Numbered from the stretch's first letter, positions 50,001 through 61,789 are shown. The stretch is DNA of 64,000 nucleotides from Anaeramoeba ignava BMAN (GCA_028826165.1 JAPDFW010000072.1:186001-250000); one strand, 5' to 3'. Notes: generated from the letters alone by a model not told the origin. Numbers and translations: made by a program.

Positions 50001-50165
50001 TGCAACACGAAATTTTTCGATTGAAACATCATATTTTTTCATTAACATTTTACTTTGATATTCATGAAGGTTAAATAATCTTTTAAAAGCATTTCCTGTA
50101 ATTTTATTTGCTTCTTGTTTGAAAATTGAACGTTTTGATTTAAGAGAATTAAATGATTGAAGCAT
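47029..50165 (-). CDS. SUCLG2/SUCLA2-like: Succinyl-CoA synthetase beta subunit with organellar presequence. Exons 50165-49858, 48798-48708, 48593-48254, 47714-47410, 47265-47029
   Basis: [87 protein letters not shown]. All introns are GT-AG and in frame. Confidence 0.96.
48825..49850. repeat. (AAAATT)n, ~1 kb, in SCS-beta intron 1
   Basis: Directly visible. Confidence 0.95.
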
Positions 50166-50343
50166 TTTTTTTTTTTAATAATTTTGAATTAGAAAAAAAA
50201 AATGAAAAAATGAAAAAGAAAAAAAAAATTATTTTTTTTAAATGATGATTCATCATTAGTAATGTTTTATTAAAAATTATTAAAAATTATTAAAAATTAA
50301 TAAAAATTATTTTTCATTTTTTTCTTTTTAATTTGATTTAATA
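50166..50343. promoter_or_regulatory. Bidirectional promoter between SCS-beta and the Ubl gene, with TCATTTT initiator-like motifs on both strands and a palindrome AATGATGA-T-TCATCATT (50241-50257)
   Basis: Divergent ATGs 178 bp apart; motifs directly visible. Confidence 0.6.
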
Positions 50344-50568
50344 ATGAAAATTACAGTTAAAACTTTAAAAGGTTGGGAAATGGATTGTGAAATTTCTTCA
50401 AATGATGATGTTTTAGTTTTAATGCAACAAGTTGAAGTTAAAGAAGGTACTTCAATAAATAGACAAAAACTTTCTTTTCAAGGTCAAATTTTACAACAAG
50501 GAAATACAATTAGTTCTTATAATATTCAAGAAGGTTCAAGAATTTATTTAATTTCTGATCTACTTTAA
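50344..50568 (+). CDS. Stand-alone ubiquitin-like protein without a C-terminal diglycine
   Basis: MKITVKTLKG..KEG..RQKLSFQGQILQQGNTISSYNIQEGSRIYL aligns with ubiquitin/NEDD8. Ends ISDLL-stop. Confidence 0.85.
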   Translation: MKITVKTLKGWEMDCEISSNDDVLVLMQQVEVKEGTSINRQKLSFQGQILQQGNTISSYNIQEGSRIYLISDLL

Positions 50569-50624
50569 TCAAATTTTTTCAAAAACCAATAACAATAAAA
50601 AGAAGAATTTAATTTTAATTTTAA

Positions 50625-50937
50625 TTTTGATTATTAAATTTGTTAATTATTTAATCAAATAAATTTGGATTTGTTTGATTTAATTGAAAATAATCAATTC
50701 CAACTTGAATTTCATCAATAATTTCTTGTGTAATTTCAATTTCATTTTTAATTTGATTTGAATAAATCCAATATTCTAATATTTGAAATGATTTATTACT
50801 TAATTCACTATAATCTGTAACTTTATTAGAAGTATCATTTGTTACAGATAAAAACATTCCTCGATATAATTCACTTCTCATTATTAATATTAATTTTGGA
50901 AATTTATATTGTTTTTCTTTTCTTTCAATAATAAAAT
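50625..50937 (-). pseudogene. Truncated 3' fragment of an RCC1-BTB gene
   Basis: IIERKEKQYKFPKLILIMRSELYRGMF..QTNPNLFD, nearly identical to the paralogs. Homology stops abruptly at ~50937. Confidence 0.88.
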
Positions 50938-51898
50938 ATTTTAATTAATTTATTTCAAAAATGGAATAAAGAATATTAAATAATTAAATTTAAAATTAAT
51001 TATATTTTATATATTTTATTAATATTTCTTTATTTATTTTAATTTAATAAAATAAATAAAATATTTTAATTAATTTAATAAAATTGAGAAGAAAATTGAA
51101 ATATTTTAATAAAGATAAATATTTAATTTTAATATTAATTAATAATAATTTAATTTAAATTTATTTTATTTTAATTTGATTTAATATTTTTATTTATTAT
51201 ATTAATATTTTTGATTATTTATTGTTCCAATTTTAATTATAATAAAATATATTAAAAAGTGGAATAAATGTTTTAATAAAGATATATATTTAATTTTAAT
51301 AATTTTTAATAATAATTTAATTTAAATTTATTTTATTTTTAATCTTAAATAATATTTTTATTTATTAAATTAATATTTTTGATTATTTATTATTCCAATT
51401 TTAATTATAATAAAATATATTAAAAAATAAAATTAAAAAATTAAAAATTTTAAATAAATTGAATTTAAACATGATTGAATAAGATAAACTTTCTAAAAAA
51501 AATAATTTACTAATTATTCTATTTTTGATTTTGATTATAATTTATTAATATTTAAATATTAATTAATAATAAATTTTATTTGATTTTTTTTATTTTATTA
51601 TTTTAATTAATGAATTTAAATTTAATTATTATTAATTTCTATTTTCAATTTTTTATTTTTATTTATTATATTAAAAATATTCAATTTTTAAAATTTATTA
51701 TTTTTTTTTTGGATTATTTTTATTAATTAAATTTTTAATAAATATTTTAAATTAAAATTAAATTATTTAAAATTAAATTTGTTTCTTATTTATTGTTTTA
51801 AAGAAATTAATTTGATTAAAAGTAAATTAAAATTGAATTAAATTTTGAAAAAAAAAATTAAAAAAAAAAAGTTTGATTTTCTTATTATTAATTAATTT

Positions 51899-53527
51899 TT
51901 AAATGAAATAAGTTTCAAGTTCATCAACAACCCATTTATTATAAGAACCAGCCAAATAACTTTTAGCTTCATTTGTATCATAAGTAATTCCATTAGGTAG
52001 ATTGTAATTATAACCAATATTTGAATAACCTGCTTTTAAATCAGAATATAAATAAAAATCACCATTACCAAATACTGGACCATGATCTAATCGAGAATAA
52101 ATTGCATATTGAGGTTGTTTAATTGTAAACTTTGCAGGTATTCTATCCCCTTTATCATTTCTTAATGAAAAAATAAATGCATTTAAATCATTAATGTCTC
52201 CTGGATTTCCATATTTAAATCCAACTTGAGTAAAACCTCCAAAAATAAAATTTTGATTTGTTTTGATAATAACTAATGTTTTTCCTTTCCCATCAACTGC
52301 TTTATGCCAATTTTGAGAATTAAATCCATCTCTTTTTGCTGAAAATCCTTTTTTCATTTTAGAAAAAAAATCATTATCATTTATCCATTTTTGTAATTTC
52401 TTAACATATTCAATATCTTTAATAATTTCTGAAAATTGAAGAAAATTCTTTCTCAATTCAATTCTCTTTTGATATTTAGTGAATAATTTATCAAAAATTG
52501 GTTTCATTTTTTCATTTTTTTTGTTTTTTCTTTTTGGAATTTCTTGATTATCTTTTTGATTCTTTTTCAATTTCTCTTCAATTTCTTTTCAATTTCTCTT
52601 CAATTTGTTTCCATTTCTGATTCAATTCTTCTTTTTCTCTTCAATTTCCTTCTCTTTGTTTTCAATTTCTTTTTGATTATCTTGAATAACTTTGTTTTGA
52701 ATATCAACTAGAAAAGAATTTGGAAGAAAAAAATCAAATTGTTTTAATTTATCAAAATCTTGTTTTGAAATTGAATCTTTATCAAATAATGAAAAAAAAG
52801 AATGAAATAATCTTTTCTTTGCATTCATTTTGTGTTTATATTTCCTTAATTTTAATCTTTCATTTCTTTTTTTAATCCAATTATTTAAAAATTGAAAAAA
52901 ATCAAATTGAAAAATTTCTTTTTTTTCTTGTTTAAATTGAATAAATTTGATAATTTCTTCTTTAGTTAAATTGAATAAATTTTCATTATTCTTAATTTGG
53001 GAAAAATTTTGATTTATTAATTCAAAACATTTTATTTCAATTTCATTTGAATTTAAATTTCGATTTTGGAATAAAAATTGGAAAAAATTTGAATAATTAA
53101 TTGAATTTAAAATTTTTTTTTGAATAATTTCTTTCAATAAATTTAATTTAAAATAAATTGAAATTTCCAATAATTGAATAAGATTTTCTTGATTCTCAAA
53201 AGAAATATTTCCATAATAAATATAACTCAAAATTGATTCCATTTCTTTTTTATTAAATTGATTTAAAGAAATAGAAAGAGATTCTTGCCTTAATGATTCA
53301 TTAAAAAGGAGATCTTGAAGATAAAATTGATTTATGAACTTTAATTTCAAAAGGATTTGATTTATTCTCAACAAAAATTGAAAAATCTTTAAATGAATTT
53401 CCATTTAAAAAGGTTTGAATAATCTTTAATTAAATTTTTGTTACTTTTTTTCTAAATTTTTCATTTCATTTTGATTTTGTTTTTGATTTGCATTTTCAAT
53501 TTGGTTATTATTATTATTATTATCCAT
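51899..53527 (-). CDS. BTB-BACK-coiled coil-TLDc protein with several frameshifts (error or pseudogene)
   Basis: TLDc motifs FSAKRDGF..WHKAVDGKGKTLVIIK..FGGFT..AFIFSL..GPVFG..LAGSY. BTB/BACK segment ILSYIYYG..LLEISIYFKL. ATG at 53527. Confidence 0.8.
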
Positions 53528-53914
53528 TTTGTTTTTTGTTTTTGTTTTTGTTTTGTGTTTTTGTTTTTAAAAAGGAAAAATGAAAAATTTAAAAATAAAT
53601 AAAAAAAGTGGATTTTGAAAATAAATAAAAATATAAAAATAAGAATAAATTTAAATTAATATTTTTAAAATAAAATTTAATTTTATTTTTTAATTTATTA
53701 TTTTAAATTAATTTATTAATAAATTATTATTATTTTTATTAATTTTTATTATTAAAAAAAAGGAAAATTATTTTTAATTTAATTTTTAATTTTTGGAATT
53801 TAAAAATTATTAATAAATTTTAAAAATTTAAAAATAAAATATTTAAATTAATATTAATTTAATTTAATTAAAAAAAGATAAAATTTTAATTTCAAAAAAA
53901 TCAATTTTCAAAAT

Positions 53915-54478
53915 ATTTTTAAATAATAAAATATTTAAATCTAAAACAATAAATTATTATTTTAATAATAAAATTAAATATTAAATTATATTTTTAAATT
54001 AATTTATAAATTAAATATTAAATTAAAATTTATTCTTATTTTTATATTTATATGTTAAATATTTAAATAATAAAATATTTAAATCTAAAAACATTAAATT
54101 ATTATTTTAATAATAAAATTAAATATTAAATTATATTTTTAAATTATTTTATAAATTAAATATTAAATTAAATCTATTTTCATTTTTTTATATTTATATG
54201 TTAAATATTTAAATAATAAAATATTTAAATTTAAAACAATAAATTATTATTTTTTAATAATAAAATTAAATATTAAATTATATTTTTAAATTAATTTATT
54301 AATTAAATATTAAATTAAATCTATTTTCATTTTTTATATTTATATGTTAAATATTTAAATAATAAAATATTTAAATCTAAAACATTAAATTATCATTTTA
54401 ATAATGGAATTAAATATTTAATTATATTTTTAAATTATTTTATAAATTAAATATTAAATTAAATCTATTCTTATTTTT
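53915..54478. repeat. ~145-bp AT-rich unit, about 4 copies
   Basis: AAATAATAAAATATTTAAAT at ~53921, 54064, 54210 and 54357. Confidence 0.88.
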
Positions 54479-54479
54479 A

Positions 54480-56261
54480 TTAATTTTGATTATTAAATTT
54501 GTTAATTAATAAATCAAATAAATTTGGATTTGTTTCATTTAATTGAAAATAATCAATTCCAACTTGAATTTCATCAATGATTTCTTGTGTAATTTGAATT
54601 TCATCTTTAATTTGATTTGAATAAATCCAATATTCAAATATTTGAAATGATTTATTACTTAATTCACTATAATCTGTAACTTTATTTGAAGTATCATTTG
54701 TTACAGATAAAAACATTCCTCGATATAATTCACTTCTCATTATTAATATTAATTTAGGAAATTTATATTGTTTTTCTTTTCTTTCAATTATAAAATCTTT
54801 TTCATTTTCATTTTCATTTTCATTTAAATAAATTCTTTTCATTGTTTCTTCAATTTTTTCATTGGAATTTATAATTTCTTTAATTTCAGAATATAATTTT
54901 GGATTTGTTATTCTGTTTGAATAAATCATTTCAAATATTTGATTTGATTCTTGAATTGATTTATTTGAAATAATTTCTTGAAGTTTTTCATTTTCATTTT
55001 GATTTTGATTTAATCTATATTTCAATATTAATTTATGAGCTTTGATTATTTCTCCATTTTTGGTTTTAAATGAAATATCACAAAATTCTTTTCTTCTAAA
55101 TAATTTTATTAAATCTTCTTCAAGATTGGAAAAAGAAGGAGGAGAATAATAAAGAAATGATCTATTATTTCCACAAGAAACATGATAATTGGAAATATTT
55201 TCATTAAATCTTAATTTAGGAAGTTCAATTTGAATTGGAATTGATTGATCTTTTGTATCTCCATTTCCTAATTGACCCCAATAATTATCTCCAAATCCAA
55301 TCAATTTTGGTTTGGAAGTTAAAATCAAATTATAATTATATCCAACAGAAAAATCAAGAATATTATCATCATTTTCAAATAAAGATGATTTGATTTCAGT
55401 AAATTCTCTTGTATTTCCCTTTTTTTCAAGTCCATTTAATCCATAAGAACCACATGAATAAAGTTTTCTTTTTGGATTTTCATTTTCATTTTCATTTTCA
55501 ATCAACATTATTGAATGAAAATTTCCACATTGAATATCAATTATTTCACCTTTTGGAATATTTTGTATTTGGGTTAATTTTTGGGTTGTTGATTCTTTTC
55601 TTGATTCTCCTAATCCAAGTTGACCATATCTATTATGTCCGCATACAAATAATTTTTGATTTGAATTTAAAAGAAAAACATGATTTGAAACATTTCCTGA
55701 AAACATTTTAGAAACATTTTTCATCATTAAAATTGGTTTTTCTGATTTTATAACTGTTTTAGAATCAAAACCAAGTTGACCAAATTGATTTGAACCAATT
55801 CCATAAGTATTTTGATTTGAAGTTAATAAGTAAATTGATTGAGATCCAGAAACAATATCTTCAATTATTCTATCATTTGTATCTTCAATTAATGATGAAA
55901 TATTGATAAATTCATTTATATCAATTTTATTAATATTAAATCCTTTGGCAAATACATTTCCTTCTATTGTTAAAATAGCTTCATTTTCAAAACCAACAGT
56001 TACTTTTTGAATATTTTCAATTTGGATTTCTAAAGGATTTGGCTTTGGATTTCTGTTTAGATATTCTATTGCTTTTCCATTTTTAAAAAGGAAAATTGTT
56101 GAAAAAAAACTTGATGAAATTTGTTTAATTTGTTTTTCATTTTCATTTTCATTTTCATTTTCATTTTCAAATTTAAATTGAATTGGTTTTGTTATTGTTT
56201 CTGGTTTATTTTTGAAAAGTTTTGGTTGTTTATTTCTTCCAAAAAATATAATTTCATTCAT
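54480..56261 (-). CDS. RCC1-BTB protein, copy 5
   Basis: 593-aa ORF colinear with copies 1-4. Confidence 0.93.
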   Translation of the reverse strand: MNEIIFFGRNKQPKLFKNKPETITKPIQFKFENENENENENEKQIKQISSSFFSTIFLFKNGKAIEYLNRNPKPNPLEIQIENIQKVTVGFENEAILTIEGNVFAKGFNINKIDINEFINISSLIEDTNDRIIEDIVSGSQSIYLLTSNQNTYGIGSNQFGQLGFDSKTVIKSEKPILMMKNVSKMFSGNVSNHVFLLNSNQKLFVCGHNRYGQLGLGESRKESTTQKLTQIQNIPKGEIIDIQCGNFHSIMLIENENENENPKRKLYSCGSYGLNGLEKKGNTREFTEIKSSLFENDDNILDFSVGYNYNLILTSKPKLIGFGDNYWGQLGNGDTKDQSIPIQIELPKLRFNENISNYHVSCGNNRSFLYYSPPSFSNLEEDLIKLFRRKEFCDISFKTKNGEIIKAHKLILKYRLNQNQNENEKLQEIISNKSIQESNQIFEMIYSNRITNPKLYSEIKEIINSNEKIEETMKRIYLNENENENEKDFIIERKEKQYKFPKLILIMRSELYRGMFLSVTNDTSNKVTDYSELSNKSFQIFEYWIYSNQIKDEIQITQEIIDEIQVGIDYFQLNETNPNLFDLLINKFNNQN

Positions 56262-56568
56262 TTTAGAAAAGAAAAAAATGAAAAAGAAAAATGATTTTTA
56301 ATTTTAATTTTAATTTTGATTTTAATTTTAATTTTAATTTTAATTTTGATTTTGATTTTGATTTTAATTTTAATTTTAATTTTAATTTTAATTTTAATTT
56401 TGATTTTAATTTTAAATTTAATTTTAATTTTAATTTTAATTTTAATTTTAATTTTAATTTTAATTTTAATTTTAATTTTAATTTTAATTTTGATTTTAAT
56501 TTTAATTTTAATTTTAATTTTAATTTTAATTTTGATTTTGATTTTAATTTTAATTTTGATTTTAATTT

Positions 56569-58318
56569 TTAAAATAAATTGCACTTCTCATCTTTTTTTG
56601 ATTTTGTTTTTTGGCCATGTTGAATTACTAAATCCAATAAATTTGGATTTGTTTCATTTAATTGAAAATAATCCATTCCAATTTTAATTTCATCAATAAT
56701 TTCTTGTGTAATTTGAATTCCTTCTTTAATTTGATTTGAATAAATCCAATATTCTAATATCTCGAATGATTTATTACTTAATTCACTATAATCTGTAACT
56801 TTATTAGATTTATCTTCAGTCACAGATAAAAACATTCCTCGATATAATCCACTTCTCATTATTAATATTAGTTTGTGAAATTTATATTGTTTTTCTTTTC
56901 TTTCAATAATAAAATCTTTTTCATTTTCATTTAAATAAATTCTTTTCATTGTTTCATTTATTGATTCTTCATTTATAATTTCTTTAATTTCAGAATATAG
57001 TTTTGGATTTATTTTGGAATTGTTTGAATAAATCATTTCAAATATTTGATTTGATTCTTTTGTTGATGTTTTTGAAACAATTTCTTGAAGTTTTTCAATT
57101 TGGTTTTGATAATCTTTTAATCTATATTTCAATATTAATTTATGAGCTTCAATTATTTCTCCATTTTCGGTTTTAAATGAAATATCACAAAATTCTTTTC
57201 TTTGGAATAATTGAAGCAAATCAAAGGCGAGTCTTGGAAAAAATGAGCAATATAAAAAAGAGTTGAAAGGACCACAATAAACATGATAATAGGAAATATT
57301 AAAAGATAAATGGGGAAGTTGAAGTTGGGTTGGTTTTGCTAGATCTTGATCAAATATATCTGTTAGTTCACCATTGTCGTTACTTCCAAATCCAATTAGT
57401 TTTCCATTTTCTGTCAAAATTAAAGTATGAGAACTTCCAACAGAAAAATCAAGAATATTATCATTTCGGAATAATTTTGATTTGAGTTCAGTAAACAAGG
57501 GAGTATTTGGAGCAATTCTAATTCCGTTAGTGAGCCAATAACCTGATGAATAGAGTTTTCTCTTTCCGTTTTCGTCTTCGATCAACATTATTGAATGTAA
57601 GTTACCACATTGAATATCAATTATTTTTCCTTTTGGAATATTTTGGATTTTGGACATTTTCTCAACTTGGCCTGATTGATCTAATCTGAATTTGCCTAAT
57701 CCAAGTTGACCATTTATGTGATCTCCACATGCAAATAACTCTTGATTTGAATTTAAAGCAATTAATGCTTTTGCTGAATTTCCTGAAAATATTTTGGAAA
57801 CATTTTTCATCATTAAAATTGGTTTTTCAGTGAATCTTGGCGCATCAGAAGTAAGTTGTCCAACATCATTTGAACCAATTCCATAAGCATTGTGATTTGA
57901 AGTTAATAAGTAAATTGCATCTCTTCCAGAAACAAGATCTTCAATTACTCTATCATTTGGATCTTCAATTAATGATGAAATATTGATAAATTCATTTGGA
58001 TTTTTATCATTGATATGTTTTCCTTTCCCAAATGCAGTTCCTTCCTTTGTTAGAATAGCTTCAATTTCCCAACCACAAGATATTTTATTGATGTTTTTTA
58101 TTTGAATTTTTTGAGGTTTTTCATCTTTTAAATATTCTATTGCTTTTCCGTTTTCAAAAAGGAAAAATATTTGTTTCTGCAGTAGAAATGATTTGTTTAA
58201 TTTGTGTTTTTTTTTGGGGAATATTAATTAGAACCGGAAGTCTAATTTCAAAAGAAGAATCTTTACAGAAAACCATTCTTCTATTTTCACCAAAAAAGAA
58301 AATTTCTTGTGAGAACAT
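56569..58318 (-). CDS. Divergent RCC1-BTB protein, copy 6, with a C-terminal CaaX box; frameshift at ~58160
   Basis: ATG at 58318 (MFSQEIFFFG). RCC1 and BTB motifs present. Ends KTKSKKDEKCNLF-stop. Confidence 0.87.
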
Positions 58319-58421
58319 AATTAAAAAATAAAATGAAAAAATGAAAAATGAAAAAATGAAGAGAATGAATGTTTATTTGATTTTGAAAAAAAGAAAAATC
58401 AAATTTTGGAAAAAAGAAAAA

Positions 58422-61400
58422 TTAGTCTTTTTTCTGGTAAAGAATTCTGTTCTGAATTGGAACTTTGGATGAAAATAAATTCATTTGTGATTTTCCATCA
58501 GAAATGATAAAACCTTTCAAACCCAAAGAATTAAGGATTCTTGATTTTAATTTAGGAACAGAAGTGGCAATTCTTTGGAGAGTTTTTATACCAATTGCAT
58601 CAACCATAACGGAAATTTTATCTGAATCAATTTTGGACAGTTCAACGGATTTTTCAAGCATAAGATCATCCATTTTTTTATTGTGTTCGTAATCAAGATT
58701 ATAAAAGGCTTCTTGTCTTTTTCTTTTTGAAGTCTCGATAATTGAGAAGGCATCAGCATTGCTCTGTGACTGTTGCACTTGGATTTTACCGTTGATGTTT
58801 GTAGTCTCTGCATTAGCGAGCGCAACAGCCTTTGCTATTCCAGTTTTTGATATAGCGGCTGAAAGTGACTTGAGCTCGAGAAGTTGTTTTCTTTTTTCCT
58901 CGGACATAACATCGTTTTGGATCATGAGCTGGTTGATTTTTCCGTTGGCTTCAGCCTCTCTGCGCTTGGCATCCTGCTTGGCTTCAGCCTCTTGGGATTC
59001 GGTTGTGATTTTGATTGCGAGCTGAACGGATTTCTGAAGTAATCTCAAAGTGTCCTGATCTACCGGCTCCACGGATTGCACATCGATGTTTGTGATGATG
59101 AGGTTGTTTGAGGGGAAGCGGAAGTAATCATTCACGTGGTTGTCCTTGTCGAGACCAAACACTGCGATCCGGATGGCTCTAGCGCATTCCTTGTGGAAAT
59201 TATCAAAGCTCATTCCGGCGACAATTGCGCGGATCTTAGACGCCATTGTCTTGCAGGCATCGCCAACAAAGTCCGGTATCTGGAAGATGCGGTTGGAATC
59301 TTTAGGGTTGCGTTTGTCGATGTCGAAGTACCAGTTGTAGGCAAGTTGTAGGGAGAGCCTGGCATGATCGCTTGTCTCAACGATGAACTTGTCCGTCATA
59401 AAATCAGGTCCTAATAAAAGGGAAATGGATGTGATCACGCGCGGCTTTTTAGGAAGTCCGCCCGAAAGAGACATGAGTGTGAACTCCTCATCTGGGCCAA
59501 GCATTGCTAGATCAGGTCCGAATTGGATGCGGTTTTTTTTCTTCTTGTAGTCGTAGATCTGCACAACCGCGTTGTCCGGTATTCTGTATGTTAGAACGCG
59601 CGTTGGATCGCGGACAAATGCGTCTTGTTGTGAAAGCATTGCTTGGTTCTCTTTGTTCCCGCGAGTCGAAACAGGATCCTTGTTGATCAACTTTTCGACA
59701 ATTTCGGGAATTTTTTTTTCCCAAAGTTCCTCATTTGGTTTCAGCATGTAAGTTTCTCCAACGATTGCCGACACACGACCAGTGAAGAGGTCGCGAACAT
59801 ATATTCCCTCATTAATATGCAACGGGATCCGCGATCTCATCTCGATCACTTCCGCTTGGATTGGGGGTATATATTTGCCAGGACCATAAATCATCCAACG
59901 AGTTCCTGGATCATGAGTTTTTTTGATTTTCTTATTTTTCTCCGCAACCATTTCCTCAAAGTATTCCTTGCATCGCAGAAGTAGCGCCTGGTCGTCGTTG
60001 AGGATATAAACATCGCGGATACCGCCATCAAGTCTCTCACCAGGATTAAGAAAAAACTCAACAGGACCACTACGAAGTTGGGATTTTCCGAGCTGAGGTT
60101 TTCCATGTTCATCAACAGGATCAAGCACAATGCAGTACTGCAAGCTTGTGAGCTCATTCAGCGCGACTTGGCCTACCACGTCTTCGTCGACATCAGGCAA
60201 ATGTGTGGGGGATATTGTGCTGTCAACCAGCCATTCATCACCGGCCCTTCTTATAACCTTATACGCGTCCTCAAATGTTTTCTTCGCTCGCAAATGCACT
60301 GCCGTTGTTCTTGTTAGAACAATTGCCTCCACCATCTTCACTACTTCCTCGTCAACCCCAGGGATGTATTCGCCGGCTTCTCGCACTAACCACTCCTCTC
60401 CTGTTTTGTGCTTTCTTCCATAGCAATCTATGCATTCCCCTCGCGCCCGCAATTGCAGTGCGTTGTCTTGTTTGATTATTTGTGGGTGGATCATCTCTTT
60501 TATACTCACTTCTGTTCGTGGGTAATAGAATCCTGGTCCTTCGAAATACCATTGATCCCCTACTTTTCTTCGTGTTTTCTTCCCTTTTTTCTCTTCTTTT
60601 ATTTCTTCAAAATCTGAGATTGCTTCTAATCGGAATATTTGTCCTTTTTTCAATAATTTTAGTGGTTCGGGCTTTTATATTTTAATTAAATTTAAAATTC
60701 ATTTTGAAATTAAAATTCATTTTGAAATTAAAATTCATTTTGAAATTAAAATTCATTTTGAAATTAAAATTCATTTTGAAATTAAAATTCATTTTGAAAT
60801 TAAAATTCATTTTGAAATTAAAATTCATTTTGAAATTAAAATTCATTTTGAAATTAAAATTCATTTTGAAATTAAAATTCATTTTGAAATTAAAATTCAT
60901 TTTGAAATTAAAATTCATTTTGAAATTAAAATTCATTTTGAAATTAAAATTCATTTTGAAATTAAAATTCATTTTGAAATTAAAATTAAAATTCAAATTA
61001 AAATTAAAAATCATTTTGAAATTAAAATTAAAATTAAATTTAATATTAAAATTCAAATTAAAATTCAAATTAAAATTCATTTTGAAATTAAAATTAAAAT
61101 TGAAATTAAAATTAAATTTAATATTAAAATTAAAATTAAAATTCAAATTCAAATCAAAATTAAAATTAAAATCAAAATTAAAATTAAAATTAAAATTAAA
61201 ATCAAAATTAAAATTAAAATCAATTTAAATTCAAAATTAAAACCAAATTGAGAATTTTTTTGTTTTAAATAAAATAAAATAAAACTTACAACACCATCAA
61301 TTTCTTCACCAGGATATAAAGGAAAAGGAAGAGGTTTATGAAAACGGATTTCTTCTTTTCCATGTTTAATTTTTGCCTTTTTTTTTAAAATTAATTAAAT

Positions 61401-61669
61401 AAAAAATTAAATAAAAGAAAAAATATTTAATTTACTTGTCCATAAGCATCTTTAACTAAATCTCCATTTGAATCTCTCATAACTGGATTAATAATTGTTG
61501 CATAATAAAGAGGTGGAATAAGAATCATTGGTTCAGGTCCTCTTACTATTGATTCATGTTGTTTAAGTGTGTAAACTATTGGTCCTTCACTTAATTGAAC
61601 TGTGTTTGTATTACTATCAAGAATATGAACAAATTCATGTGGTTTTAATCTTAATATTTTAGATGTCAT
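58422..61669 (-). CDS. MVP: Major vault protein, ~856 aa. Exons 61669-61436, 61376-61290, 60671-58422
   Basis: N-terminus LRLKPHEFVHILDSNTN, PFPLYPGE, vault repeats (GEEWLVREAGEYIPGVDEEV), shoulder LLLGPDFMTD..ETSDHARLSLQLAYNW..PDFVGDACK, cap helix LQKSVQLAIKITT. Confidence 0.96.
60695..60980. repeat. 18-bp perfect tandem repeat (AAATTCATTTTGAAATTA)n in MVP intron 2
   Basis: About 15 identical units with no spacers. Confidence 0.95.
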
Positions 61670-61789
61670 CTTTTAAGCTTTTTCTTTTTTTTTTATTTTA
61701 ATTTTAAAAAAATCAAAAAAGAAATGAAGAAAAAAAATGAAAAAAAAATTTTTGCTTTTTTATTTCAAAAATAAAATCCTTTTTCGATT

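Noticed and set aside
58465-60685. Many overlapping antisense and alternate-frame ORFs within MVP
   Set aside because: Expected by-product of the locally higher GC content; no recognisable motifs.
60695-60980. Regular 18-bp repeat (and the 143-bp array at 28-31 kb) as a CRISPR-like array
   Set aside because: Head-to-tail units with no unique spacers, no cas genes, and a eukaryotic intron/intergenic context.
44640-61669. Inteins or self-splicing insertions in conserved genes (reported as abundant in Anaeramoeba)
   Set aside because: SCS-beta, MVP and the phosphatase domain are of normal length, and no C/S...HN-C/S/T splice motifs or LAGLIDADG blocks were seen.
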